From the human T2T-CHM13v2.0 reference genome, Homo sapiens: DNA of 64,000 nucleotides. The notes below the pieces were generated by a model. It was not told the origin of the DNA. It saw nothing but the letters and a program-made list of their open reading frames with translations, and did no database searches. Numbering within the stretch: position 1 is the stretch's first letter; each line of letters starts with the position of its first letter. The position numbers and the translations under genes are program-made. Of this stretch, positions 28,720 to 39,576 are shown piece by piece. Location: assembly GCF_009914755.1 (NCBI RefSeq), contig NC_060927.1. One strand, 5' to 3'.

Positions 28720-29545
28720 AATGACAGCCCTGCCCACATTTTTTTTTAATGTGAAAGATGAAAGGTCCTCATTTCTTGTTCTGATAGCTTCCTGCCACAC
28801 ACTGAAGTCTCCTCAAGGACACGTCTTTTACTGCATGCAGCTTCACAGTCAGCTCCTCAAGCAGAAGACTGAACCGTGACTTGTTTTTAGAAGCTCTCCG
28901 GGTAGGGAGGACATATCCATATGCAGGACAGAACCTTGCTTTTCAAATTCAAGAAAAAACAGTAACTAATCTATCGATTCTTCTGTGATTCAGTCTGCCA
29001 GGGTGTTCTGTAAAGAATCCTTTTCCATCCCTATCACACATTTGTACGAAAGGGGAGGGAGAGGTGGCAGGGTCCCAGTACACCGGCAGGCACTTCGGCG
29101 ATGCCCGGGGCTCCGCTCCCTTTCTGTTGATAGTTGTAGGCGTCATTTCTGGCAGCTGCTGCAGCTCGATGCAGGGAAGGAAGGGGCCACCCACCAATCA
29201 CCTCTTTCTGATGCCACATTTTTGACGTTCATGGAAGAGGCCTGTCTCAGAGCTCCCTAAGCTGACAATCTTTGGGCAGCCATCTCTATTCTTCTCCTGG
29301 CTGGTGCACTCCTTACAATAATAGGCATCAGAGACTCCCATGGCCTCCACAGATCTCACAGTGTCCCTGGTAAAAGCCATAGTTACACTCATCATATAAG
29401 CATACCAGGGTGAAGGGACAGACACAGCGGTCACAAATCACACACTTGCCGTCAGTTTTCACACAATCTTCCGATGGCAACATCAGCCTGCTTGCAGCAA
29501 AAGATCAAACCCAGATAATGTTCAGCCGTAGCTCCTGCTCACGCT
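28720..29545 (-). pseudogene. Processed pseudogene of PHF5A (SF3b PHD-finger protein)
   Basis: Intronless. Minus strand reads (ACG)[23 protein letters not shown] / DGKCVICD...DECNYG / [46 protein letters not shown], matching PHF5A. The start ATG>ACG is at 29529, there are two frameshifts, and PHF5A-like 3' UTR continues to ~28720. Confidence 0.92.
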
Positions 29546-30712
29546 GCATTGCCCTCTTTTTAAAGCCAAGAAGCCCATCTGGAGGCATCAAATCATGCTT
29601 TATGCATAAGTAGGAGCTACAACGCATTGGCCACATGCACCTCCCTTGGGGGGACTCAAATTTACTGAATCCTGCCTTTGTGCCCAACACTGCATTTGGA
29701 ACCTTATATAAACATCTCCACTATTCCCCAAGAGGGTTCATCCTTTCCCCTTGTTTCTTCATTATCTATGTCTAACTTCCATCCTTCCTGCTTTAGTTGG
29801 ACTTGCTGTTCATTTGAGAGGAAGCTGCTGACCACAGAGTTCAGCAAAAGAATGGGAGTATGGAGGCTCAAAGTGTGGCCCCTGGAGAAGCTGAATGAGA
29901 AGTAGCCCTGGATATGGTGTAGACTCCCACAAACCAGAGATCCTGCCCTCAGTGCCTCAGCTTTAGGAAGCTGCTCCCTGCCTTGCTCCTGGGCAGACAG
30001 GTATGGTATTGATTTCCCCATACCCCAGCATCCCCACCCCAGTTTCCCTCTCTTCCCCCATTGCCCGGTGCTTTGGCTGGCATGCCCCTGACAACCAGGG
30101 AGGGCAAGTCCTTCTCCTGGTGGGTAGCCGGCTGGCTTCCTCCCAGCTCAGAGCCAAGCATGCCTCAATTAGGTACGCCCTAGGATGGGAAGTCCTTCCA
30201 GGGGCCTTTCCTCAAAAGCCGGCCAGAAGTGGGCTCCTTCAAGCCTAAAGTTAAGCCGATGGAGTATGCAGGGTGGAGACGTGAAGGAAGGCCACACCAC
30301 CTTCTGGTGGCAACTCCGCCTGGCCCACGTTTTGCCGCTTTTCCTCTTTCCCTGTCAACCACACCACGTGAGGCCTCTTTCCCAGCAAACCAAAGCTCCC
30401 TCTGGCGGCCCAGGAGGAGTCAAATCTTCTCCCCACCTGTGTACATTATTTTCCAGCTGTAGCAAGTAGAGACACGCTCTGTGTCCAGATGGCCTCACCC
30501 CAGCTGCCCTTTTGTCCCACTGATGAGCCAGGTGTTTAGCATTTTAAACAACTAGCACTCTGATTGACAGACTGACCATTAAATTGACTTTCTGACTGAT
30601 GGATCCTGATGGACCACTGTCTATCTGAAAAGTTAATCCTGAGTAATTGACTGGCTGGTTGGCTGATTAAATATCTAAACACACAAATCACTTGATTGAC
30701 CTAATGGATTTC

Positions 30713-30880
30713 TTTTTTTGTTGCTTTTTGGTTTTTTGTTTTTGAGGCGGAGTCTCGCACTGTTGCCCAGGCTGGAGTGCAGTGGCGTGATCTCCGCTCA
30801 CTGCAAGCTCTGCCCCCCGGGTTCATGCCATTCTCCTGCCTCGGCCTCCTAAGTAGCTGGGACTACAGGCGCCCGCCACC

Positions 30881-30913
<33 letters not shown>

Positions 30914-31039
30914 GTATTTTTAGTAGAGACGGGGTTTCACTGTGTTAGCCAGGCTTGTCTCAATCTCCTGACCTCGTGATCTGCCCGCCTCGGCCTCCCA
31001 AAGTGCTGGGATTACAGGCATGAGCCACCACACCTGGCC
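30713..31039 (-). mobile_element. AluY-like with internal (AT)n
   Basis: Y diagnostics (gcaagctc, ccattctcctg). 16-bp TSD acctaatggatttctt / acctactggatttctt. Confidence 0.93.
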
Positions 31040-31301
31040 ACCTACTGGATTTCTTACTGATGTACTAACTGTAGGTAACTAAACATCTGACAAGCTTAAA
31101 CTGACTACATAACTGACTCTTTAACCAGCTGAATGACTGACTGCCCAGTGGAGGACCAACAATAACTGATGTCTGGCTCCATAACTAAGGGTTACAGATG
31201 GATGGGAGAAGAGGCTGCCCCTTCCTCACACTCCAACTCCTATGGGGATTGAGACCCTATTCTTCTCCCCCTCTTGAGCCACTTGAAGACTGCAGAAAGG
31301 G

Positions 31302-31977
<676 letters not shown>

Positions 31978-32899
31978 GAGGGCAATCAGGAAACTGATGT
32001 TCTGATCTTCTGGTGAGGTTCTTAACCAGGGCCCGACATATGGGTTTCAATTTTGCTTTCAAAACAGTGTGGATGTAAAGATGTGTGTTTATCCAGGAAG
32101 AGGGTTCACAACTTTCTTTGGATTCTCAACAGAATTCAGCACACACGAAATATTATGTTCAGAGCTACTGCTCTGGGAATAAGAACCTCAGCAAACACAT
32201 TTCAGATAAGCAAAGCCCTTGTCTGAATTCAAGCCCATTTCTATCTCCCTCCCATCAAGCCAGAGTGGCAGAAGATGACTAGGAAGAGTCAGAGGACCTT
32301 AGAGGAGGTGGATGTAGCCAAGAGAAAGGATAAAGGCTGAGCTGTTTGAAGTTTCCAGAGAGGACTGAGGAAGTCAACCTGGGTCCTTCTTGTGTGGAGG
32401 TCACACTTCGCCCAAGATAGCAGAGGCCGTTTAAACTGAGATGGATATATTTACCCTTTGTTTGATGCCAGGAGTATGTGATCATGAATTGTTATGTGGC
32501 TGTGTGTACTACATACCGGTGTGTTCACAAGGGTAGGTATAACTGAGCTGTGTGCATAAGTGAACGAGTGGCCTTTGGGTTTAGTGTGAGCATCTGAATG
32601 GTTTGGTGAAGGGATGTGCACGTGCATCTTTAACCATTTACCCATCAAGCCTCTCATTAAGTTAAGACAGGTTACGGAAAAGAATTCCACTAGGTGAGAG
32701 TATCTGCAGACAGGCCTACAGCCCACACCAGAAAACTGGGAATCCTCAACTCGCCCCACTCCCTGATCCCTCATCATCCACTGAATCCATGCTGCCACTC
32801 CCACCATCAGCCCCCATCAACTCTCCCTGGGCTGCTGCTCAGCCTTCAATGGCCTCCCCCAAAACCCTTCTGAATGAACTGCAGCAATAGTGATGACGG

Positions 32900-33593
32900 T
32901 AAAATGACTTTTGGGTCACAGCGCGTCTCCCCTGAAGCGAACAACGGCTTTCCATTGTCGGAGGATACTGCCCATCTCCTCAGTCTGACTCGAGGGCTCT
33001 TTCAAGGTCGACTCTGGGGTAGTGAGGTCCCCGGCTTTGGGCGCGTCTCCCCTCAGTCGGCTCGTATCCCACACCCCTTCCCCCTTGGATGCCTCGTTCT
33101 CTGGGGCCCTTTGGCGCTGCCCCTGCGTCCCCATCATGGAAACTACCACCTGCTGCCTAACTGCCAGACGCAAAAGTGCCCAAGCCTGTCTCTCACGTTC
33201 CACCCCATAAACCTTCCCCACCCGACCAGAAGCCAGAGAGACCACAGGTCGAAGCAGGACCACGCAAGGACGCGCACGCCTCTTTCCCACGCCGCAGAGC
33301 GATAGAACCCGCAACAGGAAAACGGAAAGGCCGTGCGCCGGAAGAACAGGTAGGGACTACGACTCCCAGAAGCCTCTTGACAAGGACTACATTTCCCAGA
33401 AAGCTCCGCGCGGTTCCCACCCCGGAACTGCCTCTGCTTTCGAAAGCGGAAGGCGGGCCAACCGGGCAGGGAACAGGGTTTCTGAAGGGATAGACCGGTG
33501 GGCGGTGTCGCCGGGTGTCTACCTCCAGGGGTCGTTCGTGAGCCAGAGAAACCCGGACTTAGGAAGGAAGGGGCCTGGCCACAGCCCTTCCGC
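32900..33593. promoter_or_regulatory. CpG-rich promoter-like island with two ZNF143/SBS motifs and ETS sites
   Basis: Dense CpG. ACTACGACTCCCAGAAGC (33356) and ACTACATTTCCCAGAAAGC (33386); CCGGAAG (33338), CCGGAAC (33422), GCGGAAG (33447). Confidence 0.8.
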
Positions 33594-34328
33594 TGTTGGC
33601 TGTGCATTGCCCTTATTCCCAGCTCATTCTCTGTCGTTGAGTCGAGCAAGGAGGGTCAGACAGAACCAGGTCCACCACGTTTGTGTCTTTCCGCCAGGTG
33701 AGACTTTTACTGATGCTATTCCAGTCATAAAAGCCAGGAGCTACATGGAGTTCCCAAGGAGGCAATTCCCCTAACACTACCCGCTCACTCGCTCACTCCG
33801 TAGTCAGAGCCATAGGCACACAGGCTTCAGCCACTACACCAAGTCAGTATTGCAAAGCATACAAAATAGTCTACTTAGTCAACATGTTAAATGTTGTAGA
33901 TTAAATATTCCACATCAAGCAGGGTAACATTTAACATCAAGAGCAAAGGAGATAGATAGGAAAAGGGGTTAACAAACTAGTCCCAGGAGAGACAAGGTGT
34001 CCTGGCCTCAATGTCTTGCAAGGAAGAGTCTTTGATGTGGGCAAAGCCTTAGGCAGCAGATGCCGGGTGTTTATCATGGGCGACAGCAAGATAGGGTCTG
34101 TTAAGACGGCCATTTAGAGCTAGAGAAGTCCTGCTCTTTTTATGGCCACGGGGGTCTTCTGGTGGCGACTGACAGTGAAGGAGTGTGCCTGTTTATGCCC
34201 GTATTTGGTTGGATACACTCTTTTTTGGTTAGGCGAACATCGGGACTCTGTTGGCATGATGCCTTTTGAAACGTAAAGTGGAGTCTTTTGCTAAGATGGA
34301 GTTACTTATGTCAAGGGTGTTCTATACA
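33594..34328 (-). mobile_element. ERV solo LTR (family not assigned)
   Basis: Minus strand begins TGTATAGAACACCCTTGACATAAGTAACTCCATCTTAG (typical LTR start) and ends ...CCAACA, with an AGTAAA signal at ~33705. Confidence 0.7.
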
Positions 34329-34830
34329 CTCCCTCTGCCTGCTCTGGCTTTGCCTGTGGCCAGTACTTGCTCTCTGCCCACCTCTTGGTGTCTCTAGGGG
34401 GTAGAGGCTGGTGGCTAGATGGTCTGTCCCTCGCCCTTATCTCCAGTCCTGCATTGCTTATCTGCCGCTTGGAGGCGGTGACCATCTTGACTCTAAGAGC
34501 CAAACCCACAGAGCCCTACATGTGAGTTCCACAGCTCTTCTACTTCTGGCTGTGGCTGTCGGAGGAGGGGCTTCAGGCGGTGGAGACAGGCGTGGACAGT
34601 AGCTGGGGGGTGGCGGGGAGATCTGTGGCTCCTGATCTGCCACCTCTGTTCCCAAGAAGATAATTTTCCTGTGGCCTGGGCTCATCCAGCTTATCTTCTC
34701 AAATGCCTGAGTTCTGTAGGTGGCCGGCCTTCTTCCTCACTTCCTCCACTCCCAGCCTTATCCCTCAGACCCTAGCAATGGGCCCCATGGCATATTTTCA
34801 CCTTTCCCCTTTAGAGCCACTTAGAGGACC

Positions 34831-35260
34831 TGTCGAGAAATAGACGTAACTGGATGAACTAAAACAAGGATGAGGCAGAAACAACTTTCCATAAGACATG
34901 TCCACCAGTGTGCCATGTCAGTTTACCGTAACCATGGCTACACCCGGGAGTTCCCGCCTCTTTCCATGGCAATGACCCGATGACGCAGAAGTTACTCCCC
35001 TTTTCCTAGAAAATTCTGCATAAACCAACACTTAATCTGCATGCAATTAAAAATAGGTATAAATATGACCATAGAACTGCCCTGAGCAGCTACTCTCTGC
35101 CTATGGGGTAGTCCTGCTCTGCAGGATCAGTCATGGAGCTGTAACACTGCCACTTCAATCAAGCTGTTTTCGGCTACCCTGCCACCAGCTAGCCCTTGAA
35201 TTCTTTACTGGGCAAAGCCAAGGAAAAAGCCACATTTTGTGGCTCTCCTGTCCTGCATCA
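34831..35260 (+). mobile_element. MER41-family ERV1 LTR (5' part degenerate)
   Basis: ccatggcaatgacccg...ttcctagaaaattctgcataa...tataaatatgac...ctgctctgcagga...cctgcatca end. Confidence 0.7.
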
Positions 35261-35838
35261 CAACCGCTCCTAGGGAGCTACAACCACTGGTAACTGAGTG
35301 TCTTCTGACAGACAGTTTCATGAAGTACAGGCTTCCCAGAGGTGCCTGTCCCTTCTCCCATGTTGCTCCATGTTACCACATTTCCTACCTGGGTAGACCT
35401 TTGGAGATCCCTGAGATCCTTTTAGGGAATCTGCAAGGTCAAAACTGTTTTCACAATAATACTAAGTTTTATTTGCATTTTTCACTGTAGTGACATTTAC
35501 GTTTAAAATCATAGGTAAAACTGCTGGAACCTTGGTGTGATTCAAGGCAGTGGCACCAAACTATATTGGCAGTTACTGTATTTTTCACCAGTATACTTGT
35601 AGGGGAAGGGGATGGGAAAGCCAGTTCCACTTAATGTCCTTAATGAAGCTGTAAAGAGTATTCATTTTACTCCATTTTGAGCCTTGATTACATGACGTTT
35701 AAATATTTTGTGTGACAAATGGGAAGTGCGCATAAAGCAAGTCTGCTGCACACCAAGGTATTATGTCCTGAGGAAAAGCAGTTCTGTGCTTGAGTTCGTA
35801 GCTGAACTAGACCTTTTTTTCTGGAAAACACCTCTTTT

Positions 35839-36343
35839 ATTTTCATTGTATTTTTGCAAACTTTTATTTATTTATTTATTTTACTTTAAGTTCCAGGATA
35901 CATGTACAGAATGTGCAGGTTTGTTACATAGGTATACATGTGCCATGGTGGTTTGCTGCACCTATCAACCTGTCATCTAGGTTTTAAGCCCCGCATACAT
36001 TAGGTATTTGTCCTAATGCTCTCCCTCCCCTTGTCCCCACCGCCGACAGGCTCCAGTGTGTGTTGTTCCCTTCCTTGTGTCCATGTGTTTTCATCGTTCA
36101 ACTCCCACTTATGAATGAGAACATGCAGTGTTTGGTTTTCTGTTCCTGTGTTAGTTTGCTGAGAATGATGGCTTCCAGCTTCATCCATGTCCCTGCAAAG
36201 GACATGATCTCATTCTTTTTGATGGCTGCATGGTATTCCATGGTGTATATGTGCCACATTTTCTTTATTCAGTCTATCATTGATGGCCATTTGGGTTGGT
36301 TCCAAGTATTTGCTGTTGTGAATAGTGCTGCAATAAGCATACG
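35839..36343 (-). mobile_element. 5'-truncated L1PA 3' end
   Basis: L1 3' UTR and ORF2 tail; perfect 17-bp TSD tggaaaacacctctttt (35822-35838, 36344-36360). Confidence 0.93.
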
Positions 36344-36520
36344 TGGAAAACACCTCTTTTGATAACTGATAGTATGATTGGGACCTGAGTATTTAATAGA
36401 CATTTTCTAAAAAAAACAAAGTAAGCTAATCACTTCAAAGGAAACAACTGACATTATTTGATGCCAATGAGAAAATTTGAGTTTTCAAGAAAAAGGTTAG
36501 AATTTTGAAAAACTTATCCA

Positions 36521-36803
36521 GGCTGGACGTGGTGGCTCACGCCTGTAATCCCAGCACTTTGGGAGCCAAGGAGGACAGATCCCTTGAGGCCAGGAGTTCG
36601 AGACCAGCCTGGGCAACGTGGCAAAACCCTGTCTCTACAAAAAAATTAGCTGAGCGTGGTGGTGTGTGCCTATGGTCACAGCTGAGGCTGAGGCAGAAGG
36701 ATCACTTGAGCCTGGCAGGTCAAGGCTGCAGTGAGCCACGTTTGTGCCACTGAACTTCAGCCTGGGTGACAGAGTGAGACCCTATCTCAAAAAAGAAAGA
36801 GAA
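36521..36803 (+). mobile_element. Alu (AluJ-like)
   Basis: Dimer with A-rich tail; degenerate TSD aaacttatc / aaacatatc. Confidence 0.9.
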
Positions 36804-36899
36804 AGGAAACATATCTGCCACCACAAGCTTAACAACATCCCAATACTTAAAAAGTTTTTCTGATGAGCTTGGTGATGGTATTAATAAACGTGATTTTAA

Positions 36900-37278
<379 letters not shown>

Positions 37279-37828
37279 TAAGCTCCACCTCTTAAAGTGA
37301 GGAGTATCAAAGAATATGTGGACATATTTTAATAACACTACACTTAATGAACCAGTATTTTATTCATGATGGTACAAAACCATGATGGATGGGTAAGAAA
37401 AAAAAAATCTATTCCAATTGCAAGACAGTCCAATGGATTTTTAATGTAATAATAACTCAAGAAGTTAATGGATGTAGTTCTAGATTCCACTTTGCTTTTA
37501 AACATTAACAAGCTATATATTTGTTGAGTTTTGGTATAGTATCCAAGAATAATATTCACAATTGCCTGAAAAGCTGTTAAAATAATCTCCCCATTTCCAA
37601 CTACCTATCTCTGGTAGACCAGATTTTCTGCATATACTTTAACTAAAGCATCAGAATAGACAGGAACGTGGAAGCTGAGAACCCAGCTGTCATTTATTAA
37701 GCCAGACAATTAAAGAGATTTGCCAAAGAAAAATTTGATATATTGGGCCTGAATGTGCATTGTTTGGCTCTAAAAAAATTTATGCACATTTCACAGCTTC
37801 CTGAGTCTGTCTCTGCAACATAGTTGTG

Positions 37829-38095
37829 ATTTTTTCTTTTTCAACAGATGGGGTCTTGCTCTGTCACCCAGGTGGTGGGGCAGTGGCACAATCATAGCTC
37901 ACTACAGCCTTGAACTCCTGGGCTCAAGCAATCCTCTTGCCCCAGCCTGCTGAGTAGCTAGGATTACAGGTGCATGCCACCATGCCTGGTTAATTCTTTC
38001 TATTTTTGAGAGATGGGATCTCACTACATTGCCCACATTGTTCTCAAACTCTGGTCCCAAGTTGCTGGAATTACAGGCTTAAACCACCACACCTG
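37829..38095 (-). mobile_element. Alu (AluJ-like, degenerate left arm)
   Basis: gggtcttgctctgtcacccagg...ctcaagcaatcctc... Confidence 0.85.
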
Positions 38096-38556
38096 TTTTG
38101 TAACCTGAGCGCCTCCAGACTTCTAGCCACATGTGCGATCTCAATGGATTCTGGCGTAGTCTCTCTCTCCCCTAGGGTCAGGCAAGATATCATCATTTGT
38201 CATACATACATATACAGCGTCTATCAGATTCTCTCACAAAAAGCCCTCATGAATAGATATATACTGGGGTGGCTGCCATACCCTGAATCCACTTTAGACC
38301 CCTTTAGGAATTCATCTGAGCACCTTCTAAATGGAAGTCCACAAGAGGCATAAAGGTGGCCTCACTACACCATGGTTGAGTGAGTGGACCTGCTCCCAGT
38401 GTGATCACCGTATGTGGTCCCAGGGTCCCTCCCTCTCACCAAAGGGCCTTTGGGCTAGGAAAGCAAATTTCTCTTAATGTAACTCTTAGAAATTCATAAA
38501 TCAAAGACAAGTTTCCTTCTCTTAATGTAACTCTTAGAAATCCATAAACCTGTTAC

Positions 38557-38783
38557 CAGTTGAACATCCTAATCCCAAAATCTGAAACCCAAAATGCTCC
38601 AAAATTTGAAACTTTTTGAGTGCCCATATGATGCTCAAAGAAAATGCTTACTGGACATTTTGGATTTTGGATTTTCAGATTAAGGATGCTGAACTGGTAA
38701 GTATAATGCAAATATTCAGAAATCTGAAAAAGTCCAAAATACCCCTGGTCCCAAGCATTTTGGATAAGTGATACACAAGCTAT
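38557..38783. mobile_element. Tigger4a (Zombi)-like MITE
   Basis: cagttgaacatcctaatcccaaaatctgaaa...gcattttggataagtgatacacaagc. Confidence 0.7.
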
Positions 38784-38790
38784 AATAAAA

Positions 38791-38962
38791 TTATTTTTAT
38801 TTTTATTTCTTTATAAACAGGGTCTCGCTCTGTCACCCAGGCTGGAATGCAGTGGTGTAATCAGAGCTCACTGTAGCCTCAACCTTCTAGGCTCAAGTGA
38901 TCCTCCTGCCTCAGCCTTCTGAGTGTCTGGGCATACAGGAGAGTGCCACCACACCCAGCTCC
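38791..38962 (-). mobile_element. Alu monomer/half (J-like right arm)
   Basis: T-rich tail plus a single arm ending acacccagct. Confidence 0.8.
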
Positions 38963-39576
38963 TGTGATAATATTAGAGAATTAAATAATTCAATTAACAA
39001 GATTAGTAGATACTTGAGCAAAATTTGGGCTTTGCCAACATGGAAGACAGGGCATGACTATTAGGTAGGCACAAAAAAATGCCTGCTACAATTCCCTGTA
39101 TATATTTAAATTATTTCCACAATAAAATATATTGCCTACATGATTAAAGAAGGAAAGAAATAAAGGTAATGAATATGAGGGGAAAATGGAAATATAAAAC
39201 TAAGAAGTGATGTCATATTTTGAGGTATTTGAGAAGACATGCTGGTAAAATAAACAGACTAATTTGCTAAAAGCCAATTCAATGATTGACCAATTCACCA
39301 CATTTACTTGCTCCTTTTACTTATTTACAAGGTTTTTGGCAATTCATACTGGATGGTATTCTTTTAACAGTTTTTGAACATTTCTGCAAAATATTTGTTG
39401 GCCAGTATTCCTTTATATCTGTATAACAGCATTTTAAGGAATATTCAATCTGTCTCAGCCCAGTTAGTTAGAAGACAGGGTATATGTAGAAGAAAAATAT
39501 TCACAAGATAAATAAAAAATAAATCAGTAAGAAAAAGGCAACCCAATTGAAAAATGGAAAAAGAATGTTAACAGGC

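Noticed and set aside
29198-29434. 78-aa ORF as a functional PHF5A paralog
   Set aside because: The N-terminal half is out of frame, the start codon is lost, and zinc ligands are disrupted.
32874-33774. Cluster of overlapping 100-170 aa ORFs on both strands
   Set aside because: Expected in GC-rich, stop-poor sequence; no recognisable domain.
38469-38548. CRISPR-like repeat-spacer-repeat
   Set aside because: Only two copies with a 16-bp spacer, eukaryotic context, no cas genes.
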